Below, in pieces: positions 7,247-16,970 of a stretch of DNA of 64,000 bases. The stretch lies in IMG/VR virus record IMGVR_UViG_2609460327_000001, positions 1-64,000 of that record. The stretch is one strand, 5' to 3'. The notes beneath the pieces are model-generated. The model searched no databases. It was not told the DNA's origin and saw only the letters and a list, made by a program, of their open reading frames with translations. A program made the translations under genes and the position numbers. Source of the stretch: a virus. Lineage: Duplodnaviria; Caudoviricetes. How positions within the stretch are numbered: the first letter of the stretch is position 1; each line of letters starts with the position of its first letter.

Positions 7247-10200
7247 TTAAAAGAAGGCAAAAGCGCCTTGTCCTTCCACGATTCTCTCATTCTTGCGAAG
7301 TCCTTTGTTATATTCACGCACGTCCTCAACAACACGGAATATGTCTTCAATGTGGTCCATGTAGCTATTAAGATCATTCTGAGTGATTTTGCCCGAAGCC
7401 ACATCAATACGCATCTTATTAACCAGACCTTTCTGAATCTCACGCACTTTATCTATACCTAGTGGATTCATTTCATAAGAGTCGTAGCCCTCATAGGAGC
7501 TATTCTGCAGCTGCTCATAAGAAGCATTGATTCGTTTCCATCGATCTTCAATGGAATTGATATTATCCAGTCTTCCTTCACTCATAAGCTTCTTAGCCAG
7601 TGCATTGATGCCATCGCCAGAGTCTGCCATTGCACGAAGACCCTCTTCAGAGAACTTGCCTTGCAGAGCCATTGCCGCATCAATCTTCTTCGCAATGCTT
7701 TCTAGCACATCTGCCTGGATTGTATTGCGATAGACCGACGTACTAACTTCAACTTCCTCAGTCTGTTTAATCCGCCAAGATCGGCGTGAAGCCTGCATAT
7801 AGTTATAAGCACTGTAATCCATTTGATAGAAATGAATATGAGGGAACATAAGCAGATCAAGACCAACAGCGACCAGACGAGAGTTGGTTACAAGAACATC
7901 CCAATCATAGCGTTCCATATTCTTACGCAGCCAGGTTTCCCGATCCTCTTGCTTCGGCATCTTCATTCCATCATAGGTTCCAGATGAACGTAGGATACCA
8001 ACATTATAGCCATCCTGTTTAAGCCGCTCATACAGCCACGTATCGACTCCATTATCTCCGCCAGTAAAACGTCCATAGACAAGTACTTTACGGCCGCGTT
8101 CCTCGATCTGCTCCTCCAGAAGGCTCTGGAGCGCATAATATTTACTTGGAGTGTAATCTTCAGGGAAATTATACGGCTGACATAGCTCCTTAACCTTGTC
8201 ATGCTCATCAAGATATGTGATCGGCTCGTGTTTGAATGGCATATCTGCATACTGATAGAGCTTTGTGATATACGAGGAAAGATGCTTCATCCCGCCTTGC
8301 CCCATCGCATCCATGATGTTTTCTTCCAACTCGTCATACATTCTGCGATGCTCGTCTTCCATCTCGATGAACATTGGAATCTCACGATACGGCGGCAGTG
8401 CATAGCCTAGGTCACCCAGCTCGATAAAGGCACAGTTACTCATTAAGAAGCGCGGGAATACAAGTGGCGAAACGCCAGGCAACTGCTTCTTTCTCTTCTT
8501 GCCCTTACGATCATCGGTGAACTCTGTCATAGAACGTTCGTATACGCCATAGTTCTCAACGAAGCGGCTTTCATCATCATACGTAATACCTTCCAATTTC
8601 AGCTTCTTCGCGTCCAGTCTAGCCAGAAGATAGAAGATATCTCTTGCCATACCACCGAGAAGTGTACCTGTCAGCAAAATCTGCTTATTTGTATGATTGA
8701 TCAACTGACCGAAGGCATTCGCACGATCCGAGTCTCCACTCTTGTATTCATGAACCTCATCTGCGATCAAGTATTCAAAGAATCCACGACGAAGATGTTT
8801 ATTCAGATACCATGCAGGAGATACCTTTCTCTCGAGAGAGCGAGCAGGGAGCTTCTTAGCACTCCAAAAAATAAAGCCGCACTCTTGATCAGGAGAATCG
8901 CCCTTAAGACGCTGATGCTTAGGAAGAGCATCTTTTGAGACTTTATTGCGACAGCGGTAGTTTTCACGGTTTTGATTCCAAGCCCATTTGTCTTTACCGC
9001 GGCGAAGCTGGAAGTAATGCTCATCAGAGTACTTCTCTTTCGTCTTCTTAATCGGCTGTCCGCATTGAGGACAATACATAGCTTCAGGGCCAATAGCAGT
9101 TCGTGTTATCGCTGCACCATTTCTAAAGGAATTTTCTTTGGTCATACGAATGCGGATTTTCTTACCCGCTCTCTTTTGTGCAATGACTTCTTCATAGTCA
9201 TGATTTTTGACATATCCTTTGCGGAAATCCATAACCGGTTCAATCGGATATGTCTGCTTTGCTGCATCAGAACTCATGACATAGTATTCGATCTCTGTCG
9301 GGCGATACGGCATATTTCTTAAGCGATGTACATCCCGCCAGTTATTGATTTGATATACTTTCACATCAGGAATACGCTCCTCTATCTCCCGCTTCCATTT
9401 TTCGACCATTATTGCTGGCACAAATACGAGTGCACGATAAGGCTTAGGTTTCTCCATGCCTGATCGAATAGCATGAGTAACATAAGGAATTAGGGCGCCC
9501 ATTGGTGATTTACCAGATCCCATCTCACCGACGACAAATACGTAGTCATCCTCATCGTCTTTGATCGTATTAGCACAGCCCATAACGACATCTGCTTGTG
9601 GCGGGAACAATCCGGTAACACCTTTGGTGTTTGCATGAAGATTCGCATGATATAAAGAACGATGATGCTCTTCCTTTGTAGGATCAAAGCGCAATACAGA
9701 GTTTTCCTGAATCCGCTGGCCAAGCTCTCCTGCAAAGTTCTCGAGATACACATCCAACGTCGTGCAGTTCTTGAGTACAGATTCTTCTTCAGTTGGACCA
9801 TCGTCCAGAATAGCGAATGGCATGGAATAAGACCGAATACCTTCTGAAATAATGGCTTCCAGGTTCTCTTCAGTGATTCGAAGCAAAGCAGCTTCAAGAT
9901 CATAATCCTTACCATAGCTCTTTACTTCAAGGTTAGTCAGGAGACCATGATCATAACAAGCCTGCACGATCTCTTCCTTCCATTCAGGAAGCATTGGCGT
10001 ATTATATCGATCATTCAGTACTCGATACACTTCTGAGAAGATATCGCCATCCCAAGCTAAGATAAGTTCAGGATGTGGCCCTAGTGGCTGTATGCCTGAT
10101 TCAACGCGTTGCTTGTTTTCTAAAATGCGCATTTCCTTCTTCTTGATATCATTCTTGGCAGCTTTTGCTACATAAAGAGTGTTAACGATATCATCAATCT

Positions 10201-10492
10201 TTTGCTCCGATGAGTCATAAAAGTCTTTCTCTGGAACAAAGACGTTCATGATTTCATCCCGGCTTACCCCTTCACCTAATGGAGAGATCGTTCCGCTTTT
10301 ATGCTCATTCATCTCATAAGCTAAAAGTGTTTGTTTCGGTCCTGCATTCATGGTATTAACCAAATACATATTATTGGCGCTTCTACCTATTCTTTCGAGG
10401 ACGATCAAATCAATAAAAGTACTGATTCTAGGTCCACGACCTTTATTATGCAGGACGAGTTCAAAGAGTTTGTCCGATACTCTTGTGGCCAT
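7247..10492 (-). CDS. SF2 (SNF2-related) helicase with Zn-ribbon insertion, DUF6094-associated type
   Basis: GEMGSGKS Walker A, DEVH, LTGT, GLDL and QASRRSWR motifs. Confidence 0.85.
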   Translation of the reverse strand: MATRVSDKLFELVLHNKGRGPRISTFIDLIVLERIGRSANNMYLVNTMNAGPKQTLLAYEMNEHKSGTISPLGEGVSRDEIMNVFVPEKDFYDSSEQKIDDIVNTLYVAKAAKNDIKKKEMRILENKQRVESGIQPLGPHPELILAWDGDIFSEVYRVLNDRYNTPMLPEWKEEIVQACYDHGLLTNLEVKSYGKDYDLEAALLRITEENLEAIISEGIRSYSMPFAILDDGPTEEESVLKNCTTLDVYLENFAGELGQRIQENSVLRFDPTKEEHHRSLYHANLHANTKGVTGLFPPQADVVMGCANTIKDDEDDYVFVVGEMGSGKSPMGALIPYVTHAIRSGMEKPKPYRALVFVPAIMVEKWKREIEERIPDVKVYQINNWRDVHRLRNMPYRPTEIEYYVMSSDAAKQTYPIEPVMDFRKGYVKNHDYEEVIAQKRAGKKIRIRMTKENSFRNGAAITRTAIGPEAMYCPQCGQPIKKTKEKYSDEHYFQLRRGKDKWAWNQNRENYRCRNKVSKDALPKHQRLKGDSPDQECGFIFWSAKKLPARSLERKVSPAWYLNKHLRRGFFEYLIADEVHEYKSGDSDRANAFGQLINHTNKQILLTGTLLGGMARDIFYLLARLDAKKLKLEGITYDDESRFVENYGVYERSMTEFTDDRKGKKRKKQLPGVSPLVFPRFLMSNCAFIELGDLGYALPPYREIPMFIEMEDEHRRMYDELEENIMDAMGQGGMKHLSSYITKLYQYADMPFKHEPITYLDEHDKVKELCQPYNFPEDYTPSKYYALQSLLEEQIEERGRKVLVYGRFTGGDNGVDTWLYERLKQDGYNVGILRSSGTYDGMKMPKQEDRETWLRKNMERYDWDVLVTNSRLVAVGLDLLMFPHIHFYQMDYSAYNYMQASRRSWRIKQTEEVEVSTSVYRNTIQADVLESIAKKIDAAMALQGKFSEEGLRAMADSGDGINALAKKLMSEGRLDNINSIEDRWKRINASYEQLQNSSYEGYDSYEMNPLGIDKVREIQKGLVNKMRIDVASGKITQNDLNSYMDHIEDIFRVVEDVREYNKGLRKNERIVEGQGAFAFF

Positions 10493-10503
10493 GACACAAC
10501 CTC

Positions 10504-11766
10504 CTATAATAATTTGTGAAAATCACCGTGCCGATCTAAATATTTGATTCCGATATGGAAGTATTCACGATCTACGGTCTTAATCTCAGTTCCGCGATCC
10601 GTTTCTTCCTCTTCAGTAAACTCACTATTCTTTTTGACAACCGATCCTTTAACCAAGTGGCGATCCGCACCAGTGCCGATATATCCGTTTAGCAGTCCAC
10701 TTGCAAGGGTTAATGATACATGTCCTTTATGCAGCTGCGTGGGTGGTTTTGGTGTGATATTATCCAGGGTTATTCCATGCTGAACAGCATAGTTTTCGAC
10801 GAGCATAGACTTTCTCATGACTTGTTGAACTTCTTCTGGTGTAATCGGTCCGATCCGGAAGCTGACTACATCTTCTTTCTTTCCTTCAGGAACTTTATAT
10901 AGAGGTTTCTCTTGTACAGAGATAACCGGAATATCCTTGTAAGGCTTGTATTTCGTCTGCATGATCTCGTAAGGGAGCGTATCTTGCTTCTCTGTTCTTA
11001 GGCGTTTCTTAGCGATAATAACGCACTTTCTGTGCTTCTCATATTCGCTATCATCCAGGCGGAAAATTTGAATATCTTCAAAGGCGTTGGCCAACTTAAA
11101 TGAAATATGTGCATCAATAAATTCCTTCGGAGTAAGCATGATAAGAATGCCGCCAGGCTTTAAATAACGAGCAGCATTCGTTAAAAGGAGCTTATCATCA
11201 CGCAAGGCAGAAGTACGTTTCTCTTGTTCACGTAATGCCTTACGATATGCAATGTTTCTATCTTCGATTGCTTTCTGAATCCGCTCTTCCATATCTACTT
11301 TGCGCTTTTCAACTTCTTCCTCCGTCATTTCAAGCTGATTCAGATCGAGATAATTATCTGCAGTAGATTGAAGCGATTGTTGTTGCTGCCGTATCTCAGC
11401 CTCAAAGTCAGGGATTTGAAAAGGATCATAGGACATAAAGATATCTTCAATGAATTGCGGGTGAATATAAGGATCAACAACTGCTAGCGAAAAAGCATCA
11501 TTACTTATCTTCATCTCTCTCTTGTAATGAGAAAGGGCAACTCTTTCAAAGAAAGTACTGGCTTCCTTCGCCATATACTCACTTGCTTCGGCGCCATATA
11601 GGTAGCGTTCACTCGCAAAGTAAGTTAATTCATCTAATGTCTTGCCATTAAAAGCTTTAAAATCAAGGGCAGTAATTGACTTGCCTTCAGGGAACTCAAG
11701 AAAACTATGTAAACGCCTTGCCGTATGTCCAGACAAGGCAGCGTTAATTTGTGATGGAAAACTCAT
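10504..11766 (-). CDS. DUF6094-like SAM-dependent methyltransferase-fold protein (degenerate motifs)
   Basis: YLKPGGILI; C-terminal PPxxLHKGHVSLTLASGLLNG..HLVKG; pairs with the helicase. Confidence 0.7.
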   Translation of the reverse strand: MSFPSQINAALSGHTARRLHSFLEFPEGKSITALDFKAFNGKTLDELTYFASERYLYGAEASEYMAKEASTFFERVALSHYKREMKISNDAFSLAVVDPYIHPQFIEDIFMSYDPFQIPDFEAEIRQQQQSLQSTADNYLDLNQLEMTEEEVEKRKVDMEERIQKAIEDRNIAYRKALREQEKRTSALRDDKLLLTNAARYLKPGGILIMLTPKEFIDAHISFKLANAFEDIQIFRLDDSEYEKHRKCVIIAKKRLRTEKQDTLPYEIMQTKYKPYKDIPVISVQEKPLYKVPEGKKEDVVSFRIGPITPEEVQQVMRKSMLVENYAVQHGITLDNITPKPPTQLHKGHVSLTLASGLLNGYIGTGADRHLVKGSVVKKNSEFTEEEETDRGTEIKTVDREYFHIGIKYLDRHGDFHKLL

Positions 11767-11780
11767 AATCAATCTCCTCC

Positions 11781-12245
11781 TCAAAATGGTATTTCTGAAA
11801 GTTTACTATTAGCAGAAGCGATTTCAACCATAGGAATGCCGTATTGCACACTGATCCTGAACTCTTCAATCATTGCATCAATTAGCTCTGCAGGTATACC
11901 TTTCTCAAGGTATCCTGATACAGTGCCAACAGTTTTAGAATGATAAACCTGCTTATCTACAAAACGAGAATTTTTATTGTCTGCCTCTTTCACTTCACTG
12001 AGAACAACCATAAAAGGGGCAGGCGTATCTAATGACAATAATTCAGGACCTTCTTTTTTAAAGCGTAATGTAATCTTGTACCACTGTGAACTGATTAACA
12101 GTCTTCGATGCAATATTGTATAAGCTGCCGATTTTCGATCATCCTCAAACCAATTGCAAGTCAGCAGGTTTGAAATCGTTCTTGCAGAAATGTCCGTAGT
12201 TTGAAAAGGGAATTGATTATATAAATAAGCTTTCATAAGCTCCAT
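11781..12245 (-). CDS. Hypothetical protein with MELMKAY N-terminus
   Basis: GGAGG RBS 8 nt before ATG 12245. Confidence 0.7.
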   Translation of the reverse strand: MELMKAYLYNQFPFQTTDISARTISNLLTCNWFEDDRKSAAYTILHRRLLISSQWYKITLRFKKEGPELLSLDTPAPFMVVLSEVKEADNKNSRFVDKQVYHSKTVGTVSGYLEKGIPAELIDAMIEEFRISVQYGIPMVEIASANSKLSEIPF

Positions 12246-12348
12246 AGTATGGGCCTCCATTCAGTAACATAAGCTATTATAGCATGTTTTGAGCATAATA
12301 AAAGACGTTACAGGCAGAAAAATGTAACGTCTTACATTATGCAATGTT

Positions 12349-12861
12349 TTACTTCAATTTGCTGCGCATATGTTCACGTAGCTCTTCGAGATCAATATAG
12401 CCATCCGGTCGGATATCCATATCGTAAAAAGTGAAATCTAGAACAGCTTCTATCAGCATAGAAGGGGTGATTTTAGCCCCACCACGATATTGAGAATTTT
12501 CCGATGAAAAATTTTTAATAAATTTATCAATATCTTTATTATAGATTTGATAACTGCTGGTTGAAGGAACTTCACGATAGAGATCGTCAGGCAGCTCTGG
12601 ACGCTTAACAAACCGATGCTTGGCAGTGCTTGTCTCTTGCCTAGGAAGACGTGGACGAACTACCCTCTGTTCAGTCTGTCGTGTTGCTGCAACCTGAGAT
12701 TGGGCAGTTTCAATAATATCCTCTCGAATATTGCTTTCTTCTTGTTCTGGCTCAGGTGTTGGTGGCTGAGCTGCTGCAGTTCCCATTTTCGGTTTTTGCG
12801 GCTGAAGCCGGCTCTGCCCACTTGCGTTCGCGGCCGCTCTCATTAAATCTTGTGCACCCAT
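12349..12861 (-). CDS. Hypothetical protein, disordered N-terminus plus small C-terminal domain (possible partition adaptor/DNA-binding protein)
   Basis: GAGGAGG RBS; own promoter; architecture only. Confidence 0.6.
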   Translation of the reverse strand: MGAQDLMRAAANASGQSRLQPQKPKMGTAAAQPPTPEPEQEESNIREDIIETAQSQVAATRQTEQRVVRPRLPRQETSTAKHRFVKRPELPDDLYREVPSTSSYQIYNKDIDKFIKNFSSENSQYRGGAKITPSMLIEAVLDFTFYDMDIRPDGYIDLEELREHMRSKLK

Positions 12862-12882
12862 ATGTACACCTCCTCAGTCATG

Positions 12883-12923
12883 ATTATAAATAAGCATGAG
12901 GCTGAGGTCAATATTTCATATGA
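12883..12923 (-). promoter_or_regulatory. Consensus sigma-A promoter with an adjacent TCATATGA site
   Basis: TTGACC-17-TATAAT (12911-12883); TCATATGA at 12916-12923. Confidence 0.65.
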
Positions 12924-12948
12924 TATAGGATATACGAATTGTGTCGAA

Positions 12949-13632
12949 TTATGCCGCTGGCATGGCGCTCTTAACGATTTTATGAACAGTTTGCAATTCA
13001 TCAATGTCCAATTCGGTTAGATAATTAAAGCTGTGGCCTACTGCGCTCGCACATTGGTTAAAGACATTCTGGACATTGATATCCATATTGTACATTTGTT
13101 GCAAATAAAACGTGATTTGACTCTCAATATCAATGCGTCTTTTTGCTATATTTTCTGTCTCAATTACTTTTTGCATTTCCTCTTGGCTTGCGCTGCCGCT
13201 GTGATAGCCAAGATTATCTAAAGCACGGCCACTAGCCGACTCTTCACAGTTTTCTACCCAAGCATATTGATCCGCTTGGCGACCACCGGCGATAGAAAGA
13301 GAATAGCCGATAGAATCTGCACCTAAGAGCAGACCAATACTTGAAGCAACGATCGCTGCGTTATCCGGAGTAACGGACTTACATAGTTCTGTTACTGCAG
13401 TAACCGCTTCGGGTGAAAGGATGCGCTTTTCCTTATCCAGCCAGATTAAGGAAATATAGACTACATAATGATTAGCATAGTTAACGCCAGATATTTGCAT
13501 TGGATAAATGATGGAATTGGGATAATCAATACGTAAGCGTTCTTTTCTTCGTTTAACAGTCTCATATTTAGATGGATCAAAGCTGGAGCGTTTTCCTCCG
13601 TTGCCGTTATTGTATGCCACTATATAATTCAC
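12949..13632 (-). CDS. Rad52/Sak-like single-strand annealing protein
   Basis: YETVKRR..YPNS and VENCEESASGRALDNLG motifs. Confidence 0.65.
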   Translation of the reverse strand: MNYIVAYNNGNGGKRSSFDPSKYETVKRRKERLRIDYPNSIIYPMQISGVNYANHYVVYISLIWLDKEKRILSPEAVTAVTELCKSVTPDNAAIVASSIGLLLGADSIGYSLSIAGGRQADQYAWVENCEESASGRALDNLGYHSGSASQEEMQKVIETENIAKRRIDIESQITFYLQQMYNMDINVQNVFNQCASAVGHSFNYLTELDIDELQTVHKIVKSAMPAA

Positions 13633-13871
13633 TCCTTATTTTCGGGATATAGAATGGCCATAATAGATACCAAGTAATCGTGCATCATTATCCCATAAAT
13701 AGCACTAGAATCGAACTGAGGGTATTGAGAAATAGCATGCCCTATCGCCTCTTTAAGCTTCTCCTCTTTACGCTCTGCTTTTTCAGCACGCTCTCTTAAT
13801 TCTTCAACATAGGCGCATATATCACAACGAAGCCGGCCGTGATCTTCGCACACTTCGTCCTTGTCTTTCAT
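13629..13871 (-). CDS. Hypothetical protein
   Basis: Tightly packed phage-type ORF, CxxHxxxxCxxC. Confidence 0.6.
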   Translation of the reverse strand: MKDKDEVCEDHGRLRCDICAYVEELRERAEKAERKEEKLKEAIGHAISQYPQFDSSAIYGIMMHDYLVSIMAILYPENKE

Positions 13872-13883
13872 AATTCACCGCCC

Positions 13884-14117
13884 TTAATAGCCGCCATTAT
13901 TTTCACAAAGCCACTCTTTAAGCGCAATCTGCGCTTTCGCAAAGCAGAGCTGCATATCGCAATCATCCTGAACATGAATTACATTTTGGCCATGCATTTC
14001 ATGTGCAGGTTTATAGCCAATGGTTATAATCCAGCCCACTATGCTTGAGTGGTAAATATCAAGCGTCCAGGAAAAATTATGACTTATGCTGTTATAAAAT
14101 AAGAGAAAGTCATTCAT
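13884..14117 (-). CDS. Hypothetical protein
   Basis: GGAGGAG RBS; conserved-looking ENNGGY end. Confidence 0.65.
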   Translation of the reverse strand: MNDFLLFYNSISHNFSWTLDIYHSSIVGWIITIGYKPAHEMHGQNVIHVQDDCDMQLCFAKAQIALKEWLCENNGGY

Positions 14118-14442
14118 ACTCCTCCTCCTGGGATACACTTATATCTACATAAATACTGGCATCACATTGGTAGCAATCAAAATTCGCTTCCGAAGCACCC
14201 ATATCCTCAACAGGTTCCCCGCACCTTGGACAGAAAAGAATAATTCCTCGATCATAATCATCTTTAGTTCCAATTGGCAGAGCAACAAGTTTGTCTAATT
14301 GGTGATATGTGGTTTTAAAGACTTCATTAGCAGCAGCGCTTTTGCATTCTTCAAGTGTCATCTCTTTATCAACTGACACCTTTGCTGTAGTGTTATTGCT
14401 TTGACCATATACCCTATATAAGAGTTTTTTCTCTTTACTCAA
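14110..14442 (-). CDS. Zinc-ribbon hypothetical protein
   Basis: CPRC...CYQC. Confidence 0.65.
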   Translation of the reverse strand: MSKEKKLLYRVYGQSNNTTAKVSVDKEMTLEECKSAAANEVFKTTYHQLDKLVALPIGTKDDYDRGIILFCPRCGEPVEDMGASEANFDCYQCDASIYVDISVSQEEEYE

Positions 14443-14445
14443 TTT

Positions 14446-14673
14446 TTACGCCTCCCAGTTTCCATAAGACCATCGCCCAATTGATACATTGCAAGGCTTG
14501 CAGAACATTTCATATTCAATGATAAGCGCGAAATCTTCGTACATATAATTACGTCCTTCTATATCAGTGTTTTCACAGATGTGACACTTTATCGGGCGAC
14601 AGTCTTTGTCAATGTAACCTTCTGTAATCATTCGCTCAAGGTAATCACCGATTGTTTCTACTTCTTCATTCAT
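14446..14673 (-). CDS. Zinc-ribbon hypothetical protein
   Basis: CHIC...CKPC. Confidence 0.65.
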   Translation of the reverse strand: MNEEVETIGDYLERMITEGYIDKDCRPIKCHICENTDIEGRNYMYEDFALIIEYEMFCKPCNVSIGRWSYGNWEA

Positions 14674-14998
14674 CCTTTACTACCTCCAAATGTTCAAGTG
14701 GAACAATATAAGGTGCTTCGTCATGTATTATGGTTGCATATGTGCCATTTCTCTCTATCAAATGATCTACTGTTGCAACATTAGATAGATTGTATTGCCA
14801 TCCGTGGTATCGCACCTTATCTCCCGGCTTAATGGTGGGTACTGGATCAGGGTTGAGCAATCCTGAATCAATTGCTGCGCAAAGGTCTACGAATGCATCA
14901 CCAGAATACTCAGATTCCATAAAAGGTTCAGCTTTGTCATTATTTAAAAACCATTCCTTCAGCTTATCTGCTGATATAAGGTGCTCTTGTTTACTCAT
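14666..14998 (-). CDS. Hypothetical protein with a C-terminal KOW/SH3-like domain
   Basis: IKPGDKVRY pattern. Confidence 0.65.
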   Translation of the reverse strand: MSKQEHLISADKLKEWFLNNDKAEPFMESEYSGDAFVDLCAAIDSGLLNPDPVPTIKPGDKVRYHGWQYNLSNVATVDHLIERNGTYATIIHDEAPYIVPLEHLEVVKDE

Positions 14999-15121
14999 AG
15001 TCTACCTTTCCACCATACTTTCGTTTTTCCTTTGTTTCTTTATTAAAAAAGTCATGTCCGGTATTGGTTAAGTACTCAACTACAACTCGCTGATTTTTAA
15101 TCATCTGTTGTTCTCCCCTCC

Positions 15122-15286
15122 CTAATACCGTTTTACAATCTTGAAACTGATTTCTTCTTCCTTAAATTGAGGAGTAACTACACATATCTTCCGACCATCA
15201 ATGTTTATAAGAATTTCATCTCCGTCTTTTGATTTCCCATCACTAACAAAGTCAGCTAAATACTCGTATATGTCAAAATTCTTCAA
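15122..15286 (-). CDS. Small hypothetical protein (54 aa, TTG start)
   Basis: Translated by hand; GAGGGGAG RBS. Confidence 0.5.
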   Translation of the reverse strand: MKNFDIYEYLADFVSDGKSKDGDEILINIDGRKICVVTPQFKEEEISFKIVKRY

Positions 15287-15322
15287 TGTGTTCTCCCCTC
15301 CCAGGGAAAGAGGCTGATGGCC

Positions 15323-15580
15323 TCAATCCGTCTCAGCGTTCCAACTCATATCTTGCTCCAGTTGCTCAATGAGTTCCTTTACTTCTTCGTTGTTTTCTTC
15401 CGCCCATTCATATAATTCATCCAATACTTCGTGTGCCGGCTTTAAATTGTCATAAATAGATATAACAACAGTCAGTCCTTGAGTCTGTTCAATGTTTTGA
15501 AGCTGCGTGTGTGCATTATCTGCATTAAGTGCCTTCATTTGTTCAACTAAATGTTTAATCACTTGCCCCTCTTGGCTCAT
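15323..15580 (-). CDS. Hypothetical acidic protein
   Basis: GAGGAG RBS. Confidence 0.65.
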   Translation of the reverse strand: MSQEGQVIKHLVEQMKALNADNAHTQLQNIEQTQGLTVVISIYDNLKPAHEVLDELYEWAEENNEEVKELIEQLEQDMSWNAETD

Positions 15581-15782
15581 CTGTTATCGCTCCTCTGCAT
15601 AGTGCTTGGCTAATCTATTTACAAATTCAGAATGCTTTACAAAAACGATGTGTATGGCGAAATAGCCTAATCGTACACCTTTACTGTGCTTGTACCAGTC
15701 AAGACCTACTGTCCAATCCCGATCTAATTCTATTAGTATAAACAAGGTTTATATCTCCCCCAGAGGAAAGAGGTAGGCAGCC

Positions 15783-16339
15783 TCAATCCTTTAAATAATC
15801 ATCTAGTTGTTTTGTTTGTCCGATGAGTTCGAAGTTTTCCATAACAAATCGTTCAATTTCTTCCCTTGTATAATTCTCATGTTGGTCAATACTTGGCATT
15901 GCGTAAAATTCACGCAAGGCAGGGAATTTATCAGGGTATTCAGATTCAACTATCGTCATTATAGTTGGAAAGTGATTTGTCCATGTGCAGTCATAAAACT
16001 TATTAGCCTGCTTATCGTAAACACCTAAACCGGTTGAACCATATCCTCTTTTTTTAAAATTAATTTCTAAATTCTTATAATCTTCTCTTTGGAAAATTAC
16101 ATCGAATATTAAGCGCGCATCTTTTTTCCAATTCTCTAATGTGATGACCTCTAAACCTTCGTTCTCCATAAATTTTGCAATATGACTTCCAAAGTTTGGT
16201 CATCCATTTTGTTCAAAAAATCATAGCAGGCAAATTGCTTAGCCTTATAGAATTTCCCTTGTATGTTGTTCTCCACATGCCTTTCGAGAGCAATCCTTAC
16301 AAGCGTAAGGGGATCATATGTGAGATGTAATGTTTCCAT
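15783..16339 (-). CDS. Hypothetical protein split into two overlapping ORFs (16151-16339 and 15783-16169) joined by a -1 shift
   Basis: Second ORF lacks an RBS; A-AAT-TTA heptamer at 16175-16169 joins the frames. Confidence 0.55.
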
Positions 16340-16354
16340 ATAAACTCCTTTTTC

Positions 16355-16591
16355 TTAAGTATTCTTATTTTTTTCAGGTAATCCAAGAGCTTTACGCCCT
16401 TGATCAGTCACTGAGAAATAAGCATCTTCATCATCCCAGCCTGGGCGCTTACTGGCATAGCCTTTATGGACAAGATCGTTCCAATCTGCGTTGTTCGCAC
16501 GAGTAAAATAATGATTTCGTGTTTCATGCTCATGATAATTTAACCCAAGAGCATGTCTCATTTGATCACGTTGAGTTTTTGTTAGCTCCAT
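16355..16591 (-). CDS. Conserved phage hypothetical protein (wHTH-like)
   Basis: MRHALG..RNHY..W..LV.KGYA..F.VT..G pattern. Confidence 0.7.
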   Translation of the reverse strand: MELTKTQRDQMRHALGLNYHEHETRNHYFTRANNADWNDLVHKGYASKRPGWDDEDAYFSVTDQGRKALGLPEKNKNT

Positions 16592-16970
16592 ATTTAAGGT
16601 CCATCTCCTTGCTCATGTATTTTAACCAACAAGAGTGGCAAAACTTTTCTCCTAATTCGAGCAATGCTTCAGGAAAAGGATAAATATTGTCCTTAGTCCT
16701 GATATCGCTTGTTACGAATTTACAAGCATCACATTCTGAATGGATGATTTTAGTTGCAGTGAAGCTCGGGTGAAACTCTACATGCAACATAAACTCTTCT
16801 TCACAATGCTGGCAACACCATTCGGTTGTATTATCTGACGATAACCACCCATCGGAAAGAGCATCACGCACATCGTTTTTCCCGCCACAATACGGGCAAT
16901 TTACTTTATCGTACAATGCAAAAACTCCTTTATTCAAACGAAGGGTTGGTAAACTCTGTTTTATACTCAT
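16566..16970 (-). CDS. Cys-rich (double zinc-finger) hypothetical protein
   Basis: CPYC, CQHC, CDAC, CHSC; start uncertain. Confidence 0.65.
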   Translation of the reverse strand: MSIKQSLPTLRLNKGVFALYDKVNCPYCGGKNDVRDALSDGWLSSDNTTEWCCQHCEEEFMLHVEFHPSFTATKIIHSECDACKFVTSDIRTKDNIYPFPEALLELGEKFCHSCWLKYMSKEMDLKYGANKNST

